A stretch of 26,710 bases of DNA from positions 1 to 26,710 of the forward strand of contig CBFGIV010000029.1 of assembly GCA_965648915.1 (NCBI GenBank), read 5' to 3'. Shown in pieces: positions 1 to 9,660 of this stretch (positions are counted from its first letter, which is position 1; each line of letters starts with the position of its first letter). The notes beneath the pieces are model-generated. The model was not told the origin of the DNA and made no database searches. It saw only the letters and a program-made list of their open reading frames with translations. A program made the position numbers and the translations under genes. This DNA comes from a candidate division WOR-3 bacterium. GTDB lineage: Bacteria > Hydrothermota > Tepidihabitantia > SM23-42 > CAYGYG01.

Positions 1-96
1 CAAGCGGTTATTAAGTATCTTTCGGGTAGGTATTTTAATAATCAGGCGGTGTCAATTTATTAAATTTCCTCTTCGTTTAGAACCGGAGGCAGCATG

Positions 97-141
97 AAAA
101 AAGTGGAGAGGACTCAGATTACTTAATCCTCGGTCCTCTCC
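97..141 (-). terminator. Putative intrinsic terminator downstream of tRNA-Thr
   Basis: Perfect 9-bp inverted repeat GGAGAGGAC (105-113) / GTCCTCTCC (133-141) with an inner GATTA/TAATC stem. The A6 run at 97-102 gives a U-tract 3' of the stem on the minus strand. Confidence 0.55.
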
Positions 142-325
142 TACTGGCTGATGCCTTGAATAATTTTAGCAAAAAATCACTTTTCTCCCAGCTTCTCAAC
201 ATCTGTCCACAAATGCGAATTTGTGAAATAGATTCACTCTTTGGCAAGAAGGTGGCGCAATTTTTAGGGGTCAAATCGTTACATTCTATATCTAAATTCT
301 TAATCCTCGCTTCTGCAGGAAGTGA

Positions 326-398
326 AGCCAGCGAGCAGAATCGAACTGCTGACCTGCGGTTTACGAAACCGCTGCTCTACCGACTGAGCTACGCTGGC
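326..398 (-). tRNA. tRNA-Thr (anticodon CGT); CCA not encoded
   Basis: The reverse complement folds into a cloverleaf: acceptor GCCAGCG/CGCTGGC, D-arm GCTC-AGTCGGTA-GAGC, anticodon arm GCGGT-TTCGTAA-ACCGC, T-arm AGCAG-TTCGATT-CTGCT. The discriminator T is followed by TCA, not CCA. Confidence 0.97.
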
Positions 399-440
399 AT
401 TAACAGAATGCTAAATCTTTATCTCTATTTTCCTGAAACT

Positions 441-468
441 ATTATATCTGGTAGAGTTATTTTGTCAA
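441..468 (-). promoter_or_regulatory. sigma70-type promoter for tRNA-Thr
   Basis: TTGACA (468-463), 16 nt, TATAAT (446-441) on the minus strand: perfect hexamers about 40 nt upstream of the tRNA. Confidence 0.8.
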
Positions 469-523
469 CTTCGTTCTATCTATTCTGAAGAGTTGATCAA
501 GTTGCACTAATCTTTAGAAATAC

Positions 524-551
524 TTGACTTACTCAATTAAGCACTTATAAT
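524..551 (+). promoter_or_regulatory. sigma70-type promoter for DUF488-DUF72
   Basis: TTGACT (524-529), N16, TATAAT (546-551); ATG lies 9 nt downstream with no SD. Confidence 0.7.
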
Positions 552-560
552 TACAAACTT

Positions 561-1052
561 ATGTCCCGCACTATCTTTACCTTAGGCACCGGTCAGAGGG
601 ATATCGCAACATTTCTGAAAATTATTAAAGACTACCACATCGATAAAATAATAGATGTAAGGCGTTTCCCCACAAGTAAATATGACCATTTTCAACAGAG
701 CAATCTAATTAAATTTTTTAATGACCTTGATATTAAATATATCCATCTGGGTGTTGAACTCGGGGGATTTCGTAAATGCGGATATGAAAAATACATGGAA
801 ACCGACGAATTTGCACGAGGCATTGATGAAATAGTTAAAACCGCAAATAAGAAAAATATATGCATCATCTGTGCCGAAACCCTCCCCTGGAAATGCCATA
901 GGAGATTTATTGCGCAAAGATTGATGGAGATGGGTTATCGGGTCATCCATATAATTGATGAAAAGCACACCTGGCAGCAAAAATTATTGTCTCCTCCCTT
1001 GCTGAAAATCTCGAATGGTAATGAGCAAAAGAAGAAAAATAGACTTAAATGA
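561..1052 (+). CDS. DUF488 domain protein
   Basis: Motifs IFTLG, IDVRRFPTS, LGGFR and CAE..PWKCHRRFIA are typical of DUF488. Confidence 0.88.
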   Translation: MSRTIFTLGTGQRDIATFLKIIKDYHIDKIIDVRRFPTSKYDHFQQSNLIKFFNDLDIKYIHLGVELGGFRKCGYEKYMETDEFARGIDEIVKTANKKNICIICAETLPWKCHRRFIAQRLMEMGYRVIHIIDEKHTWQQKLLSPPLLKISNGNEQKKKNRLK

Positions 1053-1756
1053 TTAAAATCGGTTGCTGTGGTTTCCCCGTTGCCAGAGAAAGATACTACA
1101 GAAAATTTGCTGTGGTTGAAGTTCAATCAACATTCTATAACTTTGTCAATCCTGAGACTTTAAAGAAATGGCGTTATGAAGCACCAAAAGATTTTGAATT
1201 TATTATTAAGGCAATCCAGTTTATTACCCACCCTGCAACTTCACCCACATATAAGAAAGCGAAAATACCGGATAATATGCGGTTAGAAAATTTGGGTAAT
1301 TTCCAGCCCAAAAAAGAGATATTTGATTGTTATCGAAAATTGTGCGATTATGCTGAAATCTTAAAAACAAAGATAATTATCTTCCAATCCCCACCGGGTT
1401 TCAAGCCGGAAAAAGAGAACATAAAAAATATGGAGAAGTTTTTTGGCAAGATTGAACGAAGAGATTTTATCCTGGGCTGGGAGCCGAGGGGCAAATGGCA
1501 ACCTGAAGAGATAAAAAAGATCTGCCAGCGACTCGATTTGATCGATGTTGTCGATCCGTTCCTACGCGCATCTACCTTTGGTAAGATTATCTATTTTCGT
1601 CTGCACGGAGGTCAGGGGTACAGACATAAATTTACTGATGGGGAATTAAGAACCCTTGCCGAAAAAATTAAGGCCAAGAGTGGTTATGTAATGTTCAACA
1701 ATATTACGATGTTTGAGGATAGCCAGCGTTTCAAGCAGATGTATGAAACGGGCTGA
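1049..1756 (+). CDS. DUF72 (UPF0759) TIM-barrel protein
   Basis: Motifs IKIGCCGF, VEVQSTFY, FQSPPGF, WEPRG, YFRLHG and YVMFNN; ATGA overlap with the DUF488 gene. Confidence 0.9.
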   Translation: MIKIGCCGFPVARERYYRKFAVVEVQSTFYNFVNPETLKKWRYEAPKDFEFIIKAIQFITHPATSPTYKKAKIPDNMRLENLGNFQPKKEIFDCYRKLCDYAEILKTKIIIFQSPPGFKPEKENIKNMEKFFGKIERRDFILGWEPRGKWQPEEIKKICQRLDLIDVVDPFLRASTFGKIIYFRLHGGQGYRHKFTDGELRTLAEKIKAKSGYVMFNNITMFEDSQRFKQMYETG

Positions 1757-1777
1757 AATCCGATAAACAGACCGGGT

Positions 1778-4700
1778 TTAAGATTGATACTTGATCTTTA
1801 ATCGATGATAGATCTCCAGCGCCTGTTCCCTGTATTTCTGAGCCTTCGCCTTCTCCCCTCTCTTATCAAGAATGTCTGCAAGTTGATAGTAGACATCTGC
1901 CAGTTCTCTTCTGAAATTGGTCTTGGTATATAGTTCTAAGGCATAAAGGAGATTCTCTTCAGCCCTTTTAAGATCTCCTGCCCGGGCATAGGCACAACCG
2001 TAGGTAAAATAACATTCAGCCTTCTCCTTTAAAGAATTAACATCCTGGGCAATCTCAAAGGCTTTATCAATATAAGCGACTATTTTATCAAGTGGCTCTT
2101 GCCGGGCAATTGATAGTTCCGCATAGCCGAGATAATTCTCGATGAGTTCCTGTCTGGTATCGAGTTCCTTCAGTAGTTTCTCAGCCTTTTGTAATCTTTT
2201 TAATGCCTCCTCAAATGATCCGATCTTGACCAGTAAACGGCCAACACTTAAACTTGTTATTGCCACACCACGCCGGTCTCCCAATTCTTCAGAAATTGCA
2301 AGGTCTTTTAAGAAGTATTCGAGAGCCTGCTGATAGTCATTTCTCATAAAATAAAGGAACCCGAGGTTAAAACTTGCCACTCCAATACTCCTCTTTTCAC
2401 CCAGCGTTTCTGAAATCTTCAAATGGGTCTTAAAAAGTTCTTCTGCCCCCTCATAATCGCCCTGCGCATAATGAATCGGCCCCATATTACCACAGGCAAT
2501 AGCCATTCCTTGCTGGTCGCCGATATCTTTTGAAATCAGGAGATAGTTCTGAAATAATCTAAGGGCTTCGTCATAACGACCCTGTGCTCGATAGATAAGA
2601 CCTAAATTATTGCTTGCCCGTCCCAGCGACTTTTTATCCCCGATTTTTTCTGCAATCGATAAAAACATCTTACCCTGTTCAATTGCCTGATCATATCTGC
2701 GCAGGTAATAATTGACCATGCTCAAATTACCATAGGAGTCAGCCATCAGTCTTTTATCTCCCACTTCTTGTGCAAGCCTTAAACATCCAGTAAAATATTC
2801 ATTGGCCTTGGTATAATCACCCTGAATATTACAGATCACACCCAGAGTTCTCAGCCCTTTCTCCCTGGTCCTGATTACAGCCGGAGATAGGATCTCAAAA
2901 GATTTTAAAATTTCAAGCCCGGTTTCACACTCAGCACGTGCCTGCTCCATCTTCCCCTGGCATCGATAAATTGATCCAAATACCATGTGGATTTCAGCCC
3001 GTTCCATCTTGTCTTCCATTAACTGATTGTCGAGTAGAGAAACGGCTTCCGCCAAAACCTGCAGAGCATCAGTAAGTCGATTCTGGTTTGTATAGACTTC
3101 GGCAATTTTTCTTCTGGCTCTTGCCTTCACCGAGCAAGAATTGGCACAAGAAAACATTGACTCAAAATTCTTAATGGCGCTCTTATACTCACCCAGCAGA
3201 TTCCGAATATCACCGAGATCTTCATAGATCAAACATAAGTCATCACTCTTTTTATTCAGTTCCTTGCTTATGATCCGAATCGCCTCTTCGAACATCTTTA
3301 TTGCCTGCTCACTGGCATATTGTGCTTTCGCCCTGCGTCCTGCCTTCAGTAACCACTCAACCGCTTTCTGCGCATCATCGCTATTAGAGTACTGGTAAGC
3401 GAGAATATCGAAATATTCTTCTAAATGGTCCTGATAAAGGTCTTCGATGATCATTCCTACCTTACGATGCAATTCGCGGCGGATCTTTTTTAAGAGACTA
3501 TTATAGACATACTCATGTAACAAGGGATGACGAAACTGGAACTGTAATATATTATTACCTTTCAGATCACAAATAATAAATCCATTCTCCTCAAGGATAG
3601 CGAGTTGCAAACTCAGCATCAAACTATCTAACGAAGTCAAACGCTCGAGGATTTCGACGCTGAAGATTCGACCGATCACTGATGCCTGCTGTAAAAGACT
3701 TCTTGCTTCAGCCTCCAGCCGATCGAGACGTGAACCAATCAGTAACTGCACTGTATCGGGTATGGTTATCGATGAAATATCAAAAGACAGATGCCAAACA
3801 CCGTCCTTATAGATCAGGATATCGGCATTAATTAATGACCGAAATACCTCCTCGAGGAAGAAAGGATTGCCTGCTACTTTGCTCAAAATTCTTTCCTGAA
3901 ATTCCCGGGGCACTGCGGATTCTTTTAAGAGATTACGGGCAAGCTCAAAACTTTCTTCAAGATTAAGCGGGGAAAGATTGATTTCCAAAAAGTTACTACC
4001 CATCTTTTTCTGCACTTGCTCTTTGATCCTATAACTTTCTGTATCCTTGTCGATCCGTGACAGACAGACAAATAAAAAGGATAGAGATTCAGCAGTTGTA
4101 ACAATGAATTCAAAAAGTTTTAATGATTCACTATCAATCCAGTGAAAATCTTCAAAAAGAAAGATGGCTGGTTGTTTCTGAACCAGAGCGGAAAGGATCT
4201 TGCGTACACTTAAACAAATCTGAAGTTTCAAATCTTCGGGCCTCAGAAATCTGATCTTTTCATCCAGTTCATCCCGGAAACGGATCGAAAAGAGATAACC
4301 GATGTAGGGGACGATATCCTGATAGTTATCCGGGAATAGATTGGCAATCTTACTCAGAATTTTATCTTCAATTATTCTTGGTGGATCATTGTCACCTATA
4401 TTGAGAATCGATTTTAAGATTTGAAGAAATGGGTGATATGTTAGATGCTCACCGTAAGAGAAACAGCGACCTTCAAAGATATTTATCGGTAATCGTTTAT
4501 TGGTGATGTAATTTTTTACTTCGGCAAAGAGTCGTGACTTACCGACACCAGGATCACCGCTAACGAATATAACCCCGCCCATCCCATCATTTAATTTTTT
4601 TAACGCCTGCTCAAAGACCTTAAACTCTGCATCCCGTCCAACCATTGGAGATGATAACCCCATAATGCCCCGCTTTGGTTCCGGGTGTTCTTTCTCGCCA

Positions 4701-5266
4701 CGCACCTTAAAAATCTTAACTCTATTTTCAATACCTTTAAGTGCTATCGGACTGAGTTCTTCGTAATCGAAACGGTATTTGGTTAATCGATAGACCGATT
4801 CGGAAACCAGAATCTCACCACTATTCGCAGTATCCTTGAGACGGGAAGCCAGATTAACTACTTCCCCCATCACAGTATATTCATACTTCTCGGCCGAGCC
4901 GATATGGCCGACAAAGACCGTCCCGCTGCTGATTCCGCAGTGCAGATTAAAGCAATAAGGCACAGCCAATTTCCCTGCGAGCACCTCATTGATTTTCGGG
5001 ATTGCTGAAAACATCTTAAGACAGGCTGCAACTGCTCTCTCTGGATCGTCTTCGTGGACACTGGGTAAACCAAACAAGGCTACTATCAGGTCACCCTCGT
5101 ATTTGTGGATTATGCCGCCGTATGATGTGATTACTGAATTGAGATGACTGAAACAGATATTCACCACATCGCGTACCTCTTCAGGGTCAAGACGCTGGGT
5201 AAGTGTTGTATAACCCGAGAGGTCCGCAAATACAACCGTAAGCAGCCGCCTTTCTTCGTTATCCAT
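1778..5266 (-). CDS. Class III adenylate/guanylate cyclase - STAND (AAA) ATPase - TPR repeat protein
   Basis: Cyclase motifs FADLSGYT, KYEGD and VNLASRL; VGRD motif; Walker A GDPGVGKS; Walker B FLFEDFHW; GNPFF; FRHPL; roughly 40-aa TPR-like repeats in the C-terminal ~500 aa. Confidence 0.92.
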   Translation of the reverse strand: MDNEERRLLTVVFADLSGYTTLTQRLDPEEVRDVVNICFSHLNSVITSYGGIIHKYEGDLIVALFGLPSVHEDDPERAVAACLKMFSAIPKINEVLAGKLAVPYCFNLHCGISSGTVFVGHIGSAEKYEYTVMGEVVNLASRLKDTANSGEILVSESVYRLTKYRFDYEELSPIALKGIENRVKIFKVRGEKEHPEPKRGIMGLSSPMVGRDAEFKVFEQALKKLNDGMGGVIFVSGDPGVGKSRLFAEVKNYITNKRLPINIFEGRCFSYGEHLTYHPFLQILKSILNIGDNDPPRIIEDKILSKIANLFPDNYQDIVPYIGYLFSIRFRDELDEKIRFLRPEDLKLQICLSVRKILSALVQKQPAIFLFEDFHWIDSESLKLFEFIVTTAESLSFLFVCLSRIDKDTESYRIKEQVQKKMGSNFLEINLSPLNLEESFELARNLLKESAVPREFQERILSKVAGNPFFLEEVFRSLINADILIYKDGVWHLSFDISSITIPDTVQLLIGSRLDRLEAEARSLLQQASVIGRIFSVEILERLTSLDSLMLSLQLAILEENGFIICDLKGNNILQFQFRHPLLHEYVYNSLLKKIRRELHRKVGMIIEDLYQDHLEEYFDILAYQYSNSDDAQKAVEWLLKAGRRAKAQYASEQAIKMFEEAIRIISKELNKKSDDLCLIYEDLGDIRNLLGEYKSAIKNFESMFSCANSCSVKARARRKIAEVYTNQNRLTDALQVLAEAVSLLDNQLMEDKMERAEIHMVFGSIYRCQGKMEQARAECETGLEILKSFEILSPAVIRTREKGLRTLGVICNIQGDYTKANEYFTGCLRLAQEVGDKRLMADSYGNLSMVNYYLRRYDQAIEQGKMFLSIAEKIGDKKSLGRASNNLGLIYRAQGRYDEALRLFQNYLLISKDIGDQQGMAIACGNMGPIHYAQGDYEGAEELFKTHLKISETLGEKRSIGVASFNLGFLYFMRNDYQQALEYFLKDLAISEELGDRRGVAITSLSVGRLLVKIGSFEEALKRLQKAEKLLKELDTRQELIENYLGYAELSIARQEPLDKIVAYIDKAFEIAQDVNSLKEKAECYFTYGCAYARAGDLKRAEENLLYALELYTKTNFRRELADVYYQLADILDKRGEKAKAQKYREQALEIYHRLKIKYQS

Positions 5267-5284
5267 AGATTCTGATCAATATTC

Positions 5285-5348
5285 ATTATAAGGATAATTT
5301 TTGAAAAATCAAGATTTTCATTGACCCTGACTGGAAAATAGATATAAT
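5285..5348. promoter_or_regulatory. Back-to-back divergent sigma70-type promoters (cyclase gene / exporter operon)
   Basis: Minus: TTGATT (5312-5307), N16, TATAAT (5290-5285). Plus: TTGACC (5321-5326), N16, TATAAT (5343-5348). Confidence 0.7.
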
Positions 5349-5356
5349 TAGATACA

Positions 5357-6595
5357 ATGCTTTTATTAAGCCTTTTAGTTTTCCAAGGAACACTCCACCT
5401 CAGTCTGGTTGAAGCAAAGAGGATTGCCCTGAAAAATGGACCGCATTTTCTGGAGGCAGGCGCAAAACTCGATAGATCAAAAGTTAATCTCCTTGAAAAG
5501 ACTTCTCTCCTCTTGCCAACCCCATCGGCTACAGGCAGTTATATGATGACAATTTATGATGATACTGAAACCGAGACCTATGATGGCAATCTACAAATAT
5601 CACAACCATTGTTTGATCTGCCGTTATTCACTCAAATTAAAGCATTACATTATCAATATCAGATTGATAAGGCATTATTTAAAAATAGTTTTCAGGAGAT
5701 ACTTTTTAAGGTTGAGGTTGCTTATCTTAATCTAATTCGCGCCCAGGAGATTCTCAAATCATCCGAGATCACCCTGAAAAGAACCAGAGAGAATGAACGT
5801 CTAACCTTAGAAAAGTATCGATTGGGTGTTGCCTCAAAACTCGATAAACTACAAGCCGAGGTTTCAGCCCTCCAGGCTGAAAAGGGTCTATCCCAGGCAA
5901 GAAGATCTTTCTTTGAAGCCCAGAGCGAGTTGAAAGTCTATCTCCAGATTAATGAAGATATTCTACCCGTCGATTCTTTAAAAATCGAAGACGACTTTCT
6001 TATTCCACCACTCGATTCACTATTTAAGATCCTGGAGGCAACAAACTTAAACCTGAAAGCCGCTCACACCGCTGAACGAGTTGCCCATATGAATCGGCTC
6101 TCTTCATATTTTAAGTTCTTACCCAGGATCTCCCTCTTCTTTCGCTATGGTTACAGCAATGATAAATTTCCACAAAACTTAAATGAATTTAAGGCTGATG
6201 ATAGCCGGGCCTACGGCATTAACTTTGACCTGCCAATATTCAACCTGAAAGATCTCTATTTCTCCAACCTCCTGGCCCGTATTGACTATAAACATCAGAA
6301 ATATATGTACCAGCGCACCCTGGCTGAAACAAAACAGGCCTTGATAACAAATATCCTCAGTTTAAATGAGATTAAAGATCGATTGAGGCTTGCTCAGAAA
6401 AGCCTTGAATTGGCCGAAGAAGCTGCCAATATCGCTCAGGAGCGATACCGGCTGGGTGCGGCCTCGATTATCGATCTGCTGAGCAGTGAGGAGAATCTCT
6501 ACAGAGCAAGGGTGGATTACATCGGTGCTCAGGTCGACTTAAAGATTGAACAGACAAAATTTTTGTACTTTTTAGGAGAACTGGAGGTTAAATGA
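5357..6595 (+). CDS. TolC family outer-membrane efflux protein
   Basis: Duplicated OEP halves (AYLNL...YRLGVASKLDKLQAE; ERYRLGAASIIDLLSSE); first gene of the adaptor/ABC operon. Confidence 0.9.
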   Translation: MLLLSLLVFQGTLHLSLVEAKRIALKNGPHFLEAGAKLDRSKVNLLEKTSLLLPTPSATGSYMMTIYDDTETETYDGNLQISQPLFDLPLFTQIKALHYQYQIDKALFKNSFQEILFKVEVAYLNLIRAQEILKSSEITLKRTRENERLTLEKYRLGVASKLDKLQAEVSALQAEKGLSQARRSFFEAQSELKVYLQINEDILPVDSLKIEDDFLIPPLDSLFKILEATNLNLKAAHTAERVAHMNRLSSYFKFLPRISLFFRYGYSNDKFPQNLNEFKADDSRAYGINFDLPIFNLKDLYFSNLLARIDYKHQKYMYQRTLAETKQALITNILSLNEIKDRLRLAQKSLELAEEAANIAQERYRLGAASIIDLLSSEENLYRARVDYIGAQVDLKIEQTKFLYFLGELEVK

Positions 6596-7725
6596 GAAGG
6601 GTCTGGATATTCATTATCGCTGGATTGGTAGTGATTATGATTGTCATATTGAATCTGCGCTTACAAAAGCAGGGGATCGAGGTTGAAGCTGCTGAGGTAA
6701 ATTATGGAACAATAACGACCCGGGTCGAAGCTACCGGTACATTGAAGGCAAAAGCTCAGGTAAACATCTCCGCCGAGACTATCGGACGGGTCAGGAAGAT
6801 AATGGTCAGAGAAGGTGATATTGTAAAAAAGGGTGATCTTCTGATTGAACTGGATGATGAACAGGATAAGGCGAATCTAATTCTCGCCCGGGCAAAGTTT
6901 GAACAGGCAGAAATGGCTTTTAATCGTGCTCAGGCACTTATGGATAAAAATTTAATTGCCCGGGAAGAATATGAAATGAGTCGAACTAACTATGAGGTCG
7001 CCCGGGCCCAGTATCTCCAGGCAAAGGATAAACTTGAAAAGACAAAGATAAACGCACCGATATCTGGGAAGATTATGAAGATTAATGTTGAGGAGGGCGA
7101 GACCGTTCTCTTAGGAACAATGAACAACCCCGGCACCGTGCTTCTGACCATTGCCGATATGTCGAAGGTAATAGCAATTGTCAAGGTCGATGAGACCGAC
7201 GTGCCCGATATCAAAGTCGGTATGATAGCAAATGTATCCGCCGATGCCCTGCCCGATACCTCATTCAAAGGCACCGTCACTAAAGTTGGTCTTATGCCGA
7301 TTGAAAATGTCCTCGCAACTGAGACTGCCATAAATTTTGAGATAGAAATTGAATTGAGTGAATTTTCTCTGGAACTCAGACCCGGTATGACCGTGAAAGC
7401 CGAAATCATTACCGATCAAAAAGATAGTGTCTTAAGAATTCCAATTCAGGCCGTAGGTAAAAGAAAAATTAAAGGAAAAGAGACAAATTCAGTATTTGTC
7501 TTGAAAGATAATAAGGCAGTCCTAACTGAGATCGAAACCGGTATATCCAGTGATACGGATATCGAGATAAAATCGGGTCTCAGTCCTGACGACCGGGTGA
7601 TTACCGGGCCCTATCGGGTAATCACTAAACTCAAGGACGGTACCCGGGTAAAAATTAAAAAAGGCGAAGAGGAAGAGAAGAAAGTCAGTGGTTCGATGCG
7701 GGCCCTGCGCCGGGCAATTCGGTAA
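6592..7725 (+). CDS. MacA-like periplasmic adaptor (membrane fusion protein)
   Basis: N-terminal TM helix, VREGDIVKKGDLL, IxAPISG, VDETDV and LRPGMT motifs. Confidence 0.92.
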   Translation: MRRVWIFIIAGLVVIMIVILNLRLQKQGIEVEAAEVNYGTITTRVEATGTLKAKAQVNISAETIGRVRKIMVREGDIVKKGDLLIELDDEQDKANLILARAKFEQAEMAFNRAQALMDKNLIAREEYEMSRTNYEVARAQYLQAKDKLEKTKINAPISGKIMKINVEEGETVLLGTMNNPGTVLLTIADMSKVIAIVKVDETDVPDIKVGMIANVSADALPDTSFKGTVTKVGLMPIENVLATETAINFEIEIELSEFSLELRPGMTVKAEIITDQKDSVLRIPIQAVGKRKIKGKETNSVFVLKDNKAVLTEIETGISSDTDIEIKSGLSPDDRVITGPYRVITKLKDGTRVKIKKGEEEEKKVSGSMRALRRAIR

Positions 7726-7726
7726 G

Positions 7727-8404
7727 ATGGCTGGGTATTTGATCAAAGGGATCAATCTAACCAAAGAATTTGATCTTGGTAAAGTCAAGGTGAATGCCCT
7801 GCAGGGGGTAGATATTGAGATCCAGAAAGGTGAATATCTGTGTATAATGGGACCATCCGGTTCGGGTAAATCGACCCTGATGCATATTCTGGGTTGTCTC
7901 GATACCCCGACCAGTGGTGAGTATTATCTTGAAGGCATTTCAGTTACCAAAATGACCGATCCAGAACTGGCCAGAATCCGGAATGAAAAGATCGGCTTTA
8001 TCTTTCAGAATTTTAATCTCCTGCCCCGCCTGACTGCTGCCCAGAATGTAGAACTTCCCCTATTCTATGCAGCAGTGAAACCGAGTGATGCTCGAAAACG
8101 TGTCAATCAACTGCTCGAAAAACTCGGCCTGGGTGATAGGGCCAACCATCGTCCCAACGAACTCTCGGGTGGGGAATGTCAGCGGGTGGCAATTGCCCGT
8201 GCCCTGATTAACAACCCCTCGATCATCTTTGCCGATGAACCGACCGGAAACTTAGACTCCCGGACCGGTGAAGAGATAATGAAAATTTTTGATCAATTGG
8301 CAAAGGAAAAGAACACCATCGTCCTGGTCACTCACGACCAGAATGTCGCCCGGCACGCCCAGCGTATCATATTTATTAGAGACGGCAAGATCACCAATGC
8401 ATAG
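7727..8404 (+). CDS. ABC exporter ATP-binding subunit (MacB/LolD family)
   Basis: GPSGSGKST, LSGGECQRVAIARAL, ADEPTGNLD and VTHD. Start placed at ATG 7727, right after the adaptor stop. Confidence 0.95.
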   Translation: MAGYLIKGINLTKEFDLGKVKVNALQGVDIEIQKGEYLCIMGPSGSGKSTLMHILGCLDTPTSGEYYLEGISVTKMTDPELARIRNEKIGFIFQNFNLLPRLTAAQNVELPLFYAAVKPSDARKRVNQLLEKLGLGDRANHRPNELSGGECQRVAIARALINNPSIIFADEPTGNLDSRTGEEIMKIFDQLAKEKNTIVLVTHDQNVARHAQRIIFIRDGKITNA

Positions 8405-9641
8405 ATTAATTGAATCCTTACGTCTCGCCGGCCAGACCTTCTCTACCCACAAGATGAGGTCTTTCCTCACTGCCCTTGGTATCATTATCGGGGTATCGAC
8501 GGTCATAGCAATTCTTTCTCTGATTGAAGGGTTAAACCGCTCCGTTGCTTCTCAGATAAAATCGCTCGGCTCCAATACGATATATGTGATGAAGTATACC
8601 TGGATGGCGGGAAGAATGGATTTCGAAGAAGTCCAACGCCGCAAAGATATTACAATGGAAGATGCCGAGGCGATTAAAAAATTACCTTCAGTTGCCAAAG
8701 TGGCGCCGGTGCTGGCCGAACGCCGAATCCCGTGGTTATATTATAAGGACAAAAAGGCAAATAATATTGAGGCCAATGGCTCAACGCCCGAATATTTTGA
8801 TGCCTTCAATTATCAGGTGATCTCCGGAAGATCGATTACCGAAGATGATGTCCTGCACCGACGTATGGTCTGTGTAATCGGTGATTATGTAGTTGAAAAT
8901 CTTTTCCCGGATGAGCCCCCAATCGGCAAGACCCTTACAATCCGGGGCAAATCAGTCAAGATTGTTGGTATTCTCGGAAAGAAAGGCTCGATGCTGGGGC
9001 AGTCAATGGACGCCCTGATCGTTATGCCGATAACAGTTATCGACAAAATCTTTCCCCGACCTGAAGGATTTCAAAGGGTATTTCAATCCCTTATGCTCGG
9101 TGTTGTGCCCAGGGAGCCAAAAAAGGTCGAAGTGACCATCGACGAGGTGCGCGAATTATTGAGAAGAAGGCGGGGACTAACCCTCGATAAACCTGATGAC
9201 TTTGGTATTAACACCCAGGAGATGCTATTGTCTATCTACCAAAATATTACGCGGGTGGGTTTTATTGCAATAATCGCGATTGCCGCCATCTCCCTGGTCG
9301 TTGGTGGCGTCGGCATAATGAATATAATGTTAGTGGCCGTTGCCGAACGAACCCGGGAAATCGGCATCCGAAAGGCGGTTGGTGCGAGCAACCGAGTGAT
9401 TCTATTACAGTTTTTGGCCGAAGCCCTTGTTCTCTCCCTGATCGGAGGATTGATTGGTATTGGAATAGGTATTCTGCTGGCAATCCTGATTTCGATTGTC
9501 TCGCCCCTTAAGGCCGCGGTTTCGCTCTGGACTGTTTTACTTGGTTTCGGCTTCTCAGCCGCAGTTGGGATTTTCTTTGGTATCTATCCTGCCCGTAAGG
9601 CAGCAAACTTAAATCCAATTGAGGCACTGCGCTATGAATAA
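8397..9641 (+). CDS. MacB/FtsX-family ABC permease
   Basis: RSFLTALGIIIGV, GGVGIMNIMLV, ERTREIGIRKAVGA and PARKAANLNPIEALRYE. Start ATG 8397 overlaps the end of the ATPase gene. Confidence 0.94.
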   Translation: MHRLIESLRLAGQTFSTHKMRSFLTALGIIIGVSTVIAILSLIEGLNRSVASQIKSLGSNTIYVMKYTWMAGRMDFEEVQRRKDITMEDAEAIKKLPSVAKVAPVLAERRIPWLYYKDKKANNIEANGSTPEYFDAFNYQVISGRSITEDDVLHRRMVCVIGDYVVENLFPDEPPIGKTLTIRGKSVKIVGILGKKGSMLGQSMDALIVMPITVIDKIFPRPEGFQRVFQSLMLGVVPREPKKVEVTIDEVRELLRRRRGLTLDKPDDFGINTQEMLLSIYQNITRVGFIAIIAIAAISLVVGGVGIMNIMLVAVAERTREIGIRKAVGASNRVILLQFLAEALVLSLIGGLIGIGIGILLAILISIVSPLKAAVSLWTVLLGFGFSAAVGIFFGIYPARKAANLNPIEALRYE

Positions 9642-9660
9642 ATTAAAAAAGATACCCGTT

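Noticed and set aside
27..55. Minus-strand TTGACA at 55-50 as a promoter
   Set aside because: There is no acceptable -10 hexamer at 15-18 nt spacing.
180..225. DnaA-box-like words (TTCTCAACA, CTGTCCACA) and the palindrome CACAAAT-GCGA-ATTTGTG
   Set aside because: The boxes have two or more mismatches and there is no cluster of perfect boxes or a dnaA neighbour. The single palindrome has no assignable function.
156..488. 110-aa plus-strand ORF
   Set aside because: It lies antisense across the tRNA-Thr and its promoter, has a TTG start and shows no protein motifs.
1800..3400. Repeated sequence units in the cyclase gene
   Set aside because: These are degenerate protein-level TPR repeats, not a DNA repeat array, CRISPR or DGR template/variable pair.
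300..5300. Possible integrated element at tRNA-Thr
   Set aside because: I found no integrase, no duplicated tRNA 3' end and no phage or transposase genes.
7688..8396. Longer N-terminal extensions of the ABC ATPase (7688) and permease (8289) ORFs
   Set aside because: The extensions overlap upstream genes and lack family similarity; ATG 7727 and ATG 8397 fit translational coupling.
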